Shown: in pieces, positions 17,971 to 27,839 of the stretch
Position numbering within the stretch: position 1 is the first letter of the stretch
How the letters are laid out: the number at the start of each line of letters is the position of its first letter
NCBI GenBank assembly: GCA_964510585.1
Contig: CAZECW010000003.1
Span: 5,523-37,522, forward strand
Origin: an uncultured archaeon
Lineage (GTDB): Archaea; Asgardarchaeota; Jordiarchaeia; Jordiarchaeales; Jordiarchaeaceae
Length of the DNA stretch: 32,000 bases
Direction of reading: 5' to 3'
The notes under the pieces: model-generated
What the model was told of the DNA's origin: nothing
What the model saw: only the letters and a program-made list of their open reading frames with translations
Databases searched by the model: none
Translations under genes and position numbers: made by a program

Positions 17971-19164
17971 TTAGATCCAGTCTCCAGTTGAGAGTTTTTG
18001 GGGCAGGTAGGTTTCAGTTAGGTACTCGAATCCGTGGCTGCTTAGAGCTTGGATTTCCGCTTTTCTTTTAAGTTCTATCATTAGTTTGAGGTCGTTGGCC
18101 CACTCCTCATTCTTTTGAACGAAGGGTTCCTTCAGCATCTCCTTGGCGCGCTTAATGTCTTTGTCCGTCATCTTAAGCCAGCACTCCTTAGGAATCTTAT
18201 ACTTGTCTAGGTCTCTACTTAAGACTCCCAGAAGCTTTAATTCGGGGGTTGCTAGAAACGGAGACTCGTAGCTGAGGCGCTTGCTGCCTCTAAGGTAGAC
18301 GCTGTAGATGTAGGAACCGTAGGGGTCACTATCCATCAGGGCGAATGCAGGAATCTTTAGTGTTTTAACTATTTTTCTCAGGAAGCTTCTCGTAGCTATA
18401 TCCGCGGAGCCCTTGCCAGTAATTATGATGCAGGGATACTGGTTCCACCACTTTGCTTCACTGAGTCGAATTAGAGCTGCGTCCTTCTCCACCACCAGAA
18501 TAAATTCCGCATCACTTTCCACGATTTCGATTTTATCAAGGAAGGGTGTGATGGACCAGCCACCGCTTCCCAATTTTGTGAGATCTATTGTATCACCACT
18601 ATCCCTTATGACTAGCCTGCCAATAGCCATACCTTTCGCGCTTGCCACTATGTGAGTGGAGTCACGAGTTGTGTTGAGCAGTGGTGGAATATCATCTATT
18701 ATTTTGTCACTATTAATTTGATCCTTGAAGAGGTTAACATCGTTGTAGAAGATTTCACGCTTCGTGGCATGAATATCCTTTTCCAACAGAGTGTGTATTA
18801 GTTCCAGCACTCTCATGGTTCTTGCCATATCAGAAGATGTAGCTAGGCTTAAAAGGGCTCTGGCGCTTTTACCCTCTCCCAAAAGCAACAGGTCGCTATC
18901 CTCATCATAAATTATGTTGTCTCCCCCCCTCTGGGGAATGTAGATTACTGGGGGCTCCCCTTCCTCCAATTGCAAAAGTAGCTGGCGTGCTGCTTCATGA
19001 ATTTTTTGATGAACCTTATCCGTGGGTAGCTCTTCCACAATCACCGCCCTGCTGGGCGGCTTAAACTTAGGTTTGCCCTTGTGCCTCATTTTTTCCTTCA
19101 ACTCAATCACTTTTGCCAGATTCACCGAAGTTTTTGGTTGTTTGACAACTTTCTCCTTCGGCAA
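17971..19164 (-). CDS. top6A: DNA topoisomerase VI subunit A
   Basis: TKREIFY (catalytic Tyr), Toprim VEKDA, TGKG, DSDPYG, AEIQAL. TTG start after GAGGAGG. Confidence 0.95.
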   Translation of the reverse strand: MPKEKVVKQPKTSVNLAKVIELKEKMRHKGKPKFKPPSRAVIVEELPTDKVHQKIHEAARQLLLQLEEGEPPVIYIPQRGGDNIIYDEDSDLLLLGEGKSARALLSLATSSDMARTMRVLELIHTLLEKDIHATKREIFYNDVNLFKDQINSDKIIDDIPPLLNTTRDSTHIVASAKGMAIGRLVIRDSGDTIDLTKLGSGGWSITPFLDKIEIVESDAEFILVVEKDAALIRLSEAKWWNQYPCIIITGKGSADIATRSFLRKIVKTLKIPAFALMDSDPYGSYIYSVYLRGSKRLSYESPFLATPELKLLGVLSRDLDKYKIPKECWLKMTDKDIKRAKEMLKEPFVQKNEEWANDLKLMIELKRKAEIQALSSHGFEYLTETYLPQKLSTGDWI

Positions 19165-19186
19165 CTATTTTTCCCTCCTCGCTGCC

Positions 19187-21157
19187 TTAAGTTTTAGCCA
19201 TCTGGGTTAAACTCTCGGTTGGAATGGTTTCAGGCACAGCTTCAGGCTTAGCTTCAGGCTTGGTTTCAAGTTTGGTTTCGAGTTTAGGTATACTTTTGTC
19301 TAAGGTCTCAGTTTTTATTTTTTCTCCGGACCTTTTTGTTTTTGTTTTAGGTTTGTGTTGTTTTCTTTCTTGTTGTATTGTTTTTCTTTCGGTTGAGAGT
19401 ATCATTTCTTCAATATTTTTGTATAGTTCTTCATATGTAGGTTTGACCTTTAGTTCAGAGTCGGTTTCCTCTATTGTTGCTAGAGACTTGGCAAAAACTT
19501 TGGCGTGCTCTAGTAGTGTTTGTGCCCTTTGCCTTTTTCTGGTCTCAATTTCTCCCTTCACTATGTGTGCCTTTAGTTTTCTTCCCAGCTCTTCTAGAGC
19601 CAGCTTGATTTCTTTAACCAGAATATCGTCTGCGGCTAGAGCTTGTTTGCTTTGGGCCTTGAACATTACGTGGACGAAGGGTCCGCTTACGTTAACAAAG
19701 AGCTTCACGGGGCCCTTGGGCAGCCCGTTATCTCCTCTATCTATCTTGTAGTTTTTCCAGTTTACGCTACTAGCGGCCTTCCATATTGCGCAGTCCGAGT
19801 TGTCTCTAAGTTTTGGTGTGCGGTTCGTGAATCTATATAAAACGCCGCTTCCTGAATCGTTTAGTGCGGGATTATTTGGGTCGTAGGCGATTGCGGCCTC
19901 CACTACGAAGGCTAAGCCTTTACTACTTGTAGGGGGACGGGTGGTGGCCTCCACAAACTCCGCGTTAAAATGTTTCTTTATAACCTCTTGGAGCACCTCT
20001 TTTCCAACGGGGACAACAGTGTCCACGGGGGGTGAGGGATATTTCATACTTATGAAGGCCTTGTAAAGTGCATTTATTTGTTCATCACTGAGCTTCTTTA
20101 CCTGTGTGTTGGGGCTCAACTTGTACCTGAGGTCTTTATTAGCATTTTCAATTATGTCCTTTGCCCTCTTACTACCTATTCTGCAGAAGGATTTTGTGAG
20201 AAAGTCAATTAGTTTGTTGTGCTTTGTGTTTCTAATCAAATCTTGAAAGTCACCTATGCTGGTGGACTCCGGGTGGGGTTCTGTGTATACAGGCTCTGGG
20301 GGAAACTGGTTTACGCGTCTGGGGTAAATGGCCACATCGCCATTTGGATCCACAAAAATGATTGTTACATGGCTGTTTAGAAGCGCGGTTTGGCGTACGT
20401 ACTCATCAGCATAGCTTCTAACATATTTTACATTGAGATAGGAGAGTTGCACATAGGTTCCATGCTTAAAAGGAACTTGGATACCCGTGGGTGGAACACT
20501 ATACTTTTTAGTGTTTTCTCCAGTAGTGTAAAAAACTGAGGTTTCGCCCCTCCTCTCCTTAATGTGTTTGCTAACCACGATGATGGGTTTGCCCGTGGTG
20601 TTTTGGGCATCGCTAAAAGCACTGGGTGCTCCAAAGCCTTGGCTGCCTCTAGTCTGCTTCAACTTTTCAGCCTTACTAGAGGCTAAATATATTCCATACT
20701 TTTCAAGATCCACGGGCCGCATTCCAACGCCATTGTCGAAGGCTTCAAAAGAATACATTTCAATGTCGCTGCCCTGAATATCGTCGGGCAAAATTTCGGG
20801 TTTTTCAACCCTCTGAATTATAATGAGGGCGAGTGGCTCATCATTTATTATGGTTTTTAGAGGTTCAAGCAACTCCTTTAACCTAGCAGAAATATCTGTG
20901 ACCTTAACGCGAGCCCCATTCAGGTTTAGAGGTTTAACACTATATTCTATTTGGGGGCTTTGCGGTCTCAAATTATTGAAGGCCTTGTATTTCCAATGGG
21001 CTGTTTCAATCGCATCAAGGGCATTGTCCAAAAATTCCGCCACGTATTGGGTGTGCTTGTGCCTCTCTATAGAGAAACCCACTAGTTGGGTTCTTTTCCT
21101 CATGAATTGGGCAATGCTTCCTTCCTTTATGACACCTTTTGAAGAGGAATCCGTCAT
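19187..21157 (-). CDS. top6B: DNA topoisomerase VI subunit B
   Basis: GHKL motifs EFLDNALDA, DNGVGM, RGSQGFG, GT; H2TH region; transducer RFTNRTP; adjacent to top6A. Confidence 0.95.
   Translation of the reverse strand: MTDSSSKGVIKEGSIAQFMRKRTQLVGFSIERHKHTQYVAEFLDNALDAIETAHWKYKAFNNLRPQSPQIEYSVKPLNLNGARVKVTDISARLKELLEPLKTIINDEPLALIIIQRVEKPEILPDDIQGSDIEMYSFEAFDNGVGMRPVDLEKYGIYLASSKAEKLKQTRGSQGFGAPSAFSDAQNTTGKPIIVVSKHIKERRGETSVFYTTGENTKKYSVPPTGIQVPFKHGTYVQLSYLNVKYVRSYADEYVRQTALLNSHVTIIFVDPNGDVAIYPRRVNQFPPEPVYTEPHPESTSIGDFQDLIRNTKHNKLIDFLTKSFCRIGSKRAKDIIENANKDLRYKLSPNTQVKKLSDEQINALYKAFISMKYPSPPVDTVVPVGKEVLQEVIKKHFNAEFVEATTRPPTSSKGLAFVVEAAIAYDPNNPALNDSGSGVLYRFTNRTPKLRDNSDCAIWKAASSVNWKNYKIDRGDNGLPKGPVKLFVNVSGPFVHVMFKAQSKQALAADDILVKEIKLALEELGRKLKAHIVKGEIETRKRQRAQTLLEHAKVFAKSLATIEETDSELKVKPTYEELYKNIEEMILSTERKTIQQERKQHKPKTKTKRSGEKIKTETLDKSIPKLETKLETKPEAKPEAVPETIPTESLTQMAKT
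19229..19288. repeat. Five degenerate 12-nt tandem units encoding the Top6B tail (PKLE-TKLE-TKPE-AKPE-AVPE)
   Basis: ttcaggcacagc/ttcaggcttagc/ttcaggcttggt/ttcaagtttggt/ttcgagtttagg read directly. Confidence 0.85.
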
Positions 21158-21214
21158 TCAATTTTCATCCCCAGTGATTTTACAGGTTTAAGGCAAATGC
21201 AGCGTCATTCCTAA

Positions 21215-21255
21215 CATAATAAACCCATTTTAATATAAAAAGGGTTTGTATTATG
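21215..21255. promoter_or_regulatory. top6B TATA candidate embedded in a 41-nt imperfect palindrome
   Basis: CATAAT-AAACCC-A-TTTTA-ata-TAAAA-A-GGGTTT-gt-ATTATG; minus-strand TTTTTATATTAA lies about 70 nt upstream of ATG 21157. Confidence 0.55.
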
Positions 21256-21653
21256 CGAATTTTACAATAAATATGCCTAGTGATTGATAAGTTCACAAAC
21301 TTAAAAACATTTTTACAAATTTTCGCCTTCAAATCAGTAACACTCTCAATACTGCTTTGCCCCCACGCACAATCCTACATCAGCCGCTAAACAAAATAAA
21401 AGATACCAACACTTATTAATTTAACCTATAAAAAACAAAGTAACCCCTTTAACTCACCAAAATTTAAAATAAAAAACAAATTAAATAAAATAATAAATAA
21501 ACATAAAAACAAATTATTAACAAAAATTCCCCTTGAAAAAGAATTTAAACCCCAGAAAAGTCCCACCCAAACAGAAATCACCATAACATGTCAAAAAATA
21601 GAAGGTTTCAATAATAAATTATTTAACCAAAAAAAGGGTGCCTACTCGTTACC

Positions 21654-22841
21654 TCACTTTTTGAAAACGTCATCCAGCCAATCAAATATAACCTGGTACA
21701 TTAGGCTCCTATTATTAACTTGACAGTGCCCATCGGCGCCCTCCTCCGCTGTGAAAACTCGAAGAATCTTCGGACACAAAAGTCTCTCATGAAACTCTCT
21801 TGCCTGTTTCACCGCTTCCCCTCCCTCCCCCACACTAACCAAACTAAGAGTAGGACACTTAATTCTGCCCTCCAATCCCTCAATGGTGAACTTTTCTATC
21901 CTCTCAAAGAATTCCCAGGGAGTGTTAGCTCCCATAGGGCGGAGAAAATTTTCTACAGTCGCCCGAAACATGGGGTTTTTGCTAGCTACCCCCTGAATGA
22001 GTTCGTTCAACTCGGAAGGCGAAAATTTTTCTATGGAGAAAGGTAGCGCCCCCAAAACCAAGCGGCGAAAATTAACTATGGGCGCATTAGCTATCAATGC
22101 TCTAATACGCTTCTCAAACGCAGCCGCCCTTGGAGCAAGATAACCCCCAAAGCTAAAACCAATCAGCGCCAAACGATTACCATCTATCTCTGGCCTACTC
22201 AGGGAATAATCTACCACAGCCCCCACAGGCTTTTCATAATCCGGCCTAAAAACCAGACTGGGATCTCTGTGTAAAACTCCCCGCTGCCCTGGGCCCTCAA
22301 AAATTAAAGCATTGTAACCTCTCTGCTGGGCTGCGGCTCCAATGAAGAAGTAAAGTTCCTCCCCTGTGCTATCATATCCTCCCATAACAATGAGTGTGGG
22401 ACGCTTACCACCGCCACCAGTAGTGAGGAAGTAGCCAGGTAACTTTCTGTCCTCAAATGGAATCTCCAGAACTTCTATGGGTGGTTCGAATAAAGGTGCA
22501 GCGCGTTGAAAACAGGATTTGCTCTTTTCCCACAATTCTTGGTGCTGCTTAGTGTTCCAAGGAGCATAAAACTCAGCAGCCCTATAGTAGTTGGATGCCC
22601 GCAGAAAATTGTTCCTAGCACTAAAACGGCGCCCCTGTGCTAGAGCCTCTTCACCCCAACCCTCAACACGAGCTGCAACCTCGCTCCACGCCCTAACCCA
22701 ACTCTCGGGATCCCCATCATTTGTATGTTCCGCGGCGTAAAAGCATTCGCCGAACTCCGCGCCCCCAAAAGGGTGTGTTAAGGCTCGGATGAACTGGAAA
22801 TTCATTTCCGGACTCTTGAAGGGTAGTTTTTCAGAAGCCAT
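21654..22841 (-). CDS. Alpha/beta hydrolase (FrsA/DUF1100, 2,6-dihydroxypseudooxynicotine hydrolase-like)
   Basis: LRASNYYRAAEFY, LPGYF, GGYDSTGEE, EGPGQ, nucleophile elbow GFSFGG, GHCQVNN. ORF is open from 22874. Confidence 0.85.
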   Translation of the reverse strand: MASEKLPFKSPEMNFQFIRALTHPFGGAEFGECFYAAEHTNDGDPESWVRAWSEVAARVEGWGEEALAQGRRFSARNNFLRASNYYRAAEFYAPWNTKQHQELWEKSKSCFQRAAPLFEPPIEVLEIPFEDRKLPGYFLTTGGGGKRPTLIVMGGYDSTGEELYFFIGAAAQQRGYNALIFEGPGQRGVLHRDPSLVFRPDYEKPVGAVVDYSLSRPEIDGNRLALIGFSFGGYLAPRAAAFEKRIRALIANAPIVNFRRLVLGALPFSIEKFSPSELNELIQGVASKNPMFRATVENFLRPMGANTPWEFFERIEKFTIEGLEGRIKCPTLSLVSVGEGGEAVKQAREFHERLLCPKILRVFTAEEGADGHCQVNNRSLMYQVIFDWLDDVFKK

Positions 22842-23093
22842 CGAAATAACTTTAACACCTTCCACCACAACCATCTCCCATCATTACCCACATATGATAA
22901 AGATTTTTCAGCCCGCAAATATTTTTGTTTTTACAAAACTTTTATGGGTGTTGCATACTTCTTATTTTTTTAATTTTTTATGGTTTTTGGTGGATCTTTT
23001 GCAGCTTTACAGTGTTATTTTGAAAAGTTTTCAGCACACCAAATAAACAGGTTAGAAAAAGTAAAATATACAACATGACACCACATCAAAAAA

Positions 23094-23915
23094 TTATTGA
23101 ATTAGTTGGGTCATTATCATAGCCACTCCCAATACAATAAATATTATTCCCACGATTTTTGCCAGGGTTTCCTCCGTAGCCCTATTAGCGTAGATGGCGC
23201 CCACCCTGCCGCCAAGGATTGTGCCCACTCCCACGATAACTGCAATTATGAGATTTATGTTTCCATTAAGACTGTATCCTATGGCTCCGGAGGCTGCCGT
23301 TATAGCCATAATTAGGGTTGAGGTTCCTATCGCCTTATGTATGGGGTATTTTAGAACAAAAATTAGGACTAGGAGAAACATTACTCCCCCACCTGCTCCC
23401 AGAATCCCGCTCACTATACCAATTATGAAACCTATGAGAAGAGTAACTGCAATTTTCTTTTTCTCTAATGAAACAATAACCTCCACGGAGGTTTCGCCTT
23501 CACTTTTTATTTTTCCCGAAGCTCCCGAAAAAAGTCTCAGCCTCTTCCTTACCTCTCTTCTCCATAAGCCGACCCCGCTAAGGATGAGAAATATTGAAAA
23601 AACACCGCCCAGCTCAAACTCTGGAATGTTAGCCGCAATAATGCTACCTAACTGTGCACCAAGCACTGCCCCCAAAGCCAGCCAAACGCCAGATTTCAAA
23701 TCCACATTTTTATTCCGGTAATATGTGTAAGAAACCACTATTGATGCAATCACATCAACCGCAAGGCTGGTGCCAATTGCCACATGAACAGGCAAGTCCA
23801 AGGTCATAGTTAGTGCAGGAACCACAATAAGTACACCACTCGCACCCATCAAGCCAGTAACGGCACCCGAGCAAAGACCTATCAGCACCGAGATGAGAAT
23901 CGACAGCCAGTCCAT
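23094..23915 (-). CDS. Sulfite exporter TauE/SafE (TSUP) family membrane protein
   Basis: Two repeats: GLMGASGVLIVVP...AIGTSL and GILGAGGGVMF...AIGTS. ATG 23915 follows GGTGAGG. Confidence 0.88.
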   Translation of the reverse strand: MDWLSILISVLIGLCSGAVTGLMGASGVLIVVPALTMTLDLPVHVAIGTSLAVDVIASIVVSYTYYRNKNVDLKSGVWLALGAVLGAQLGSIIAANIPEFELGGVFSIFLILSGVGLWRREVRKRLRLFSGASGKIKSEGETSVEVIVSLEKKKIAVTLLIGFIIGIVSGILGAGGGVMFLLVLIFVLKYPIHKAIGTSTLIMAITAASGAIGYSLNGNINLIIAVIVGVGTILGGRVGAIYANRATEETLAKIVGIIFIVLGVAMIMTQLIQ

Positions 23916-24193
23916 GAACCTCACCGAAAACACTTCAAGCATTAAAAAACTAACTTGTTAACTCTCTAAATCAGGCATTTTTCTATAAAATTGTTTCGTC
24001 TAGAAAATATTTTCAAATTATAAACAAAATTTAAGTGATTAAAAATACTAAAAAATAAAATCGACGACCTTTTTGACACGTATTATTCAACTTAATTGTT
24101 CTTTTTATTCACTTCGATTTATTGGACTTTCCTCATCTTTCCTCACAATATCCCTCTTTTCCCCAATTTTCATTTTCTATTTAACGCATCTGT

Positions 24194-24943
24194 TCACCCA
24201 TAAATTTGCGTCATACGGAATAAATGAGCCAAAAGGGAAAAGTCAGCTGAGAGTACCAGATAGGGAATGATATATAACACTGGGCTAATAATGCCAGTCA
24301 AGAAAAGTAAGCCACCCACTATTAGCGCAATGGATGTACTGCGAGCTTTATCGGGATCATAGGTGACCCATTCTGCGGATCTGAGGGAAAATGCAAAGAG
24401 TATAAGAGTCGCTAGGAGAATGATGCTTGAAAAAACGGTGGGTTGAGCCATAAGTAAACCTATATTAGTGCTAAATGGGGCGCCGATTTGAGCGAAATAA
24501 ATCATCAGGAGTCCAATGTTAACAGCAAACCCCTTTAAGCCTGTCAAACTTGAAAACATAACAAGTGAAATGATTAAAGCACTAAACAAACCCAAAATCA
24601 ATGCAACCCTGAGTATTCTGAGTGGTTCCAACCTATAAAAACCATATAGGCCTATACCAACTAAGACAATGGCGGCAGCAATCAAAAAATAGTGAATTCC
24701 ACCTATTATTATGATACGGTTCGATCCCAAGTATAATTGATAGAAGGGGTAAAAAATAACAAGGGGGCTCCTCTCAACTGGGGGAAGATGGGGAGGCTCT
24801 GGAATAAAAAAGGTCACAACTTGCACCATAAAATAGTCACCAAGATTAAGCAAATCATAGAGAGCCCAAACCCAGAAAAAACCACTGATAGCGCCTATAA
24901 TCCCCACAAAACTTCCAAAGACACCCAATCCTAATTTATCCAA
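24194..24943 (-). CDS. Hypothetical multi-pass membrane protein
   Basis: About 6-7 hydrophobic segments. TTG 24943 follows GGAGG (ORF is open from 24976). No family recognised. Confidence 0.75.
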   Translation of the reverse strand: MDKLGLGVFGSFVGIIGAISGFFWVWALYDLLNLGDYFMVQVVTFFIPEPPHLPPVERSPLVIFYPFYQLYLGSNRIIIIGGIHYFLIAAAIVLVGIGLYGFYRLEPLRILRVALILGLFSALIISLVMFSSLTGLKGFAVNIGLLMIYFAQIGAPFSTNIGLLMAQPTVFSSIILLATLILFAFSLRSAEWVTYDPDKARSTSIALIVGGLLFLTGIISPVLYIIPYLVLSADFSLLAHLFRMTQIYG

Positions 24944-25087
24944 TCTCTCTCCTCCAGCCAATTGAAATATGTTCAACTTAAAAAAATAAAGAGATTGATT
25001 ATAAATTAATTACGGTAGCAACTATTCCTTTTCTACCACTGCAATCTCAATTACAACTTAATCAACACTGTTATTCCCCCTTTTTTC

Positions 25088-26305
25088 TCAAATTTTAAAC
25101 AAGTCCACTATGTCCAAAACTGGTATGCCCTCTTTTTCTGCCACTAAGCGCAGGTTGTTCTCACAGAAGGGGCACACAGTCACAATATAATCTACTCCCA
25201 CCTCTTTTGCGTCCTCCACCCTCACCCGCGCAATTTTTTCAGCGAGATTCGGGAACGCTGATTTTACCCCTCCACCCGCTCCACAGCACCAAGCAGCGGT
25301 TCGATTACGTTTCATCTCAATAAACTCTAAGCCGGGCACCTTTTTTATTATTTCGCGAGGCGGCTCATAAAAATCGCAGTGACGACCAAGGTGGCAAGGA
25401 TCATGATAGGTTACTTTCCTATTTTTGAAATCCTCCCTAAATTCCAGCTTCCCCTCCGCCAGTAGTCGATTTAGAATTTCGGTTATGTGAACCACCTTGA
25501 AGGGCAACTCTTTTCCGTAAATATCGGGATAGTCTTTTTTGAGGGTCCGATAGCATCCTGCACAGTGAACAACCACCTCTTTTGCACCAGCGTCTTGTAA
25601 CGCCTTTATATTATGTAAGGCAAGCTCCTCTGCCAGGCTACGCATACCCGTTCTAAGCGCTACTGAGCCGCAGCAGTACTCTTCAGGATGTATCAAAGCA
25701 GGCCGCACCCCCGCAGAGAGCAGTAGCTTTATAGTTTTTCGGATGATTTCTGGTTGCCTGTAAGGTTCGGTGCACCCCATAAAGAACACAAGCTCGCCCC
25801 TAGACGGCAAATCAACCCCCTCCGGCATCCAGACAATCCTATCCTTATGCAGTTCCATGTAGGGATTATGCTCCTTTTTGCACCACTCCAAAATTTCCCT
25901 GTGTCGAGTCATAGGCCCGTAACCCGCATCAACCAAGTCAGCCCTCAACGCCTCGTAAATCTTGGTGTGATCCAAATATTTTCCTATGCTAAGGTTAATA
26001 TTTGGATCCATAGATTGGTGGCATGTTGCGTGGCAGTCTCCACACGTAGTGCACTGGTATATAACGTTGGCTAATTCCTGGCTGAGCTTCAGTCTTCCCT
26101 CGATGAGCCCGCGCACTATCTGCATTTTTCCACGTGCAAAGAAGGGCTCGAAACCTGGAGTGTGTTCCAGCACTGGGCAAACCTTGTATCTGCCAACAGT
26201 GTATCTCACCGCAATGCGGCAGTCACCGCAGGCAATGCAGCCATATAAGATGTCTCCTAGTTTTTTGAGGTGTCTCAGTTTCCCGATTTCTTGAGTATTA
26301 GTCAT
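25088..26305 (-). CDS. Fe-S oxidoreductase subunit with two CCG domains (HdrD/GlcF/GlpC-like)
   Basis: CIACGDC...CP, CTTCGDCHATC, FFMGC, CCGS, CAGC, YHDPCHLGR, CCGAGGG, VCPFC. Confidence 0.9.
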   Translation of the reverse strand: MTNTQEIGKLRHLKKLGDILYGCIACGDCRIAVRYTVGRYKVCPVLEHTPGFEPFFARGKMQIVRGLIEGRLKLSQELANVIYQCTTCGDCHATCHQSMDPNINLSIGKYLDHTKIYEALRADLVDAGYGPMTRHREILEWCKKEHNPYMELHKDRIVWMPEGVDLPSRGELVFFMGCTEPYRQPEIIRKTIKLLLSAGVRPALIHPEEYCCGSVALRTGMRSLAEELALHNIKALQDAGAKEVVVHCAGCYRTLKKDYPDIYGKELPFKVVHITEILNRLLAEGKLEFREDFKNRKVTYHDPCHLGRHCDFYEPPREIIKKVPGLEFIEMKRNRTAAWCCGAGGGVKSAFPNLAEKIARVRVEDAKEVGVDYIVTVCPFCENNLRLVAEKEGIPVLDIVDLFKI

Positions 26306-26306
26306 T

Positions 26307-27809
26307 TTACTCCTCCTCTGCGCTGTAGAAGTGGAATTTTCCCGGACTCAAAAGAAAATTGGGGTCAAGGGTTCTCTTCACATCTTTAAAGAATTTGGTA
26401 AACTTGGGTGGAAAGGCATTTGCCTCCATTATGGCTTGACTTATGACTTCTCCCAGCCAGTAGTGTACTCCACCATATTTCACTTGGAAGCGTAGCCTCT
26501 CCTTCCACAGCTTTAGGTTGGTCTCTCTCATTTCGGGCTTGTTCCAACCACTCATCCCTCCCACGATTACACACTCTCCCCTAGGCATCATATACACCAC
26601 GGCTGCAGTGACTGAGGCAACTGTGGCGCTTGAATACTCCCCCAGCTTTTGCAGAGTATGCTCATCAGATGTTCTAAAGACTTCAGGCATCTGGTCTAAG
26701 GGAACCTTGTGACAAGTGGTGCAACTGAAGTGGCCCGGAAGCACACCAAACACTCCATGAAAATACTGCCAATGCCCCTGCTTTTTCCCCACCCACTCCG
26801 CAATGTTTCCCTCCCTGATGGTGGGGCCGAGTTCCGTAACACCCGGCTTTGCAAATTCTTCGTGGACAATGTCACTTGCCAATTCAAACATCCTCTCATC
26901 ATCAGCCTCAATTCCCACCAACATCACTGGTTTCATCAGCAACATATCCTTCCAAGGCTTAATAACATCAGTCAAAGAATAAAGCATAACTACAGCAGAG
27001 GGAGTCAAAGTAATATCAGAAATCCCCCAACTGCACTTACACTGAAGCGAATGGGTAACCTTAACGACGAACTCATAGTCCTCAGGCACAGTAAACGTGA
27101 ATCCCTCTCTGTACTCAGGTAGCGGATAAATCTTCATCACCGCCTTGGTTTTAATACCCATAGTACCCACGTCACCCATAAAAAGACCCGTAAAATCTGG
27201 CCCCATACCCCACCTGGTAAACGGTTTCTTCACATACCTGCTCGAACCAGAACCAGTAACTATGACGTCGCCATCCGGATTTGGAAGAACCACTTCTACG
27301 CCTATGCAGTTTTCAGAAACCGGACCGTACTTCGTTGATCCAAAACCAATAGTGTTATTTGAAAGTCCACCACCAATAGTGGCACTCATACCAGAACCCG
27401 GCCCCTCCACACCAGTGGTATAACCTCTCTTGTGAAGGAACTCTATAAGTTCCCCCCAAGTAATGCCACACTCCACTACAACATTTCCAACATCTTCATT
27501 TATTTCAACCACTCTATTCATACGTGTAAGATCGATGACGATGCCTCCCTCCACTATTGGTTTTGAACCGCCGACAAGGTCTGCTCCTCCGCCCCTGGGA
27601 ACCATTGGAATTTTATATTTGTTCGCTACTCTAACAATGTGTGAAACCTCCTCTGTTGTTCCCGGGCGCACAACTATATCCGGCCAACGGTCAGGCAAAG
27701 CGGGATCCACATTTCGGGAGTAGGCTTGTCTAACAAAATCTTGGTTAGAGACGTAATCCGCTCCCAACACATCTTCCAGTTCCCTATACGCCTTTTCTGT
27801 AGCTGACAA
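26307..27809 (-). CDS. FAD-binding oxidoreductase (VAO/PCMH-GlcD superfamily)
   Basis: PDIVVRPGTTEEV, PRGGGADLVGG, IDLTRMNRV, ATIGG, GVEVVLP, GTMGIKT, DPNFLLSPGK. TTG 27809 follows GGAGGT. Confidence 0.88.
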   Translation of the reverse strand: MSATEKAYRELEDVLGADYVSNQDFVRQAYSRNVDPALPDRWPDIVVRPGTTEEVSHIVRVANKYKIPMVPRGGGADLVGGSKPIVEGGIVIDLTRMNRVVEINEDVGNVVVECGITWGELIEFLHKRGYTTGVEGPGSGMSATIGGGLSNNTIGFGSTKYGPVSENCIGVEVVLPNPDGDVIVTGSGSSRYVKKPFTRWGMGPDFTGLFMGDVGTMGIKTKAVMKIYPLPEYREGFTFTVPEDYEFVVKVTHSLQCKCSWGISDITLTPSAVVMLYSLTDVIKPWKDMLLMKPVMLVGIEADDERMFELASDIVHEEFAKPGVTELGPTIREGNIAEWVGKKQGHWQYFHGVFGVLPGHFSCTTCHKVPLDQMPEVFRTSDEHTLQKLGEYSSATVASVTAAVVYMMPRGECVIVGGMSGWNKPEMRETNLKLWKERLRFQVKYGGVHYWLGEVISQAIMEANAFPPKFTKFFKDVKRTLDPNFLLSPGKFHFYSAEEE

Positions 27810-27839
27810 AAAGTTTACCTCCAAAAATTTGATTCAAAT

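Noticed and set aside
21380-21640. Long A-rich tract after the hydrolase stop
   Set aside because: No periodic unit; consistent with U-rich terminator sequence on the minus strand and with the skew pattern already reported. Not a CRISPR array or tandem repeat.
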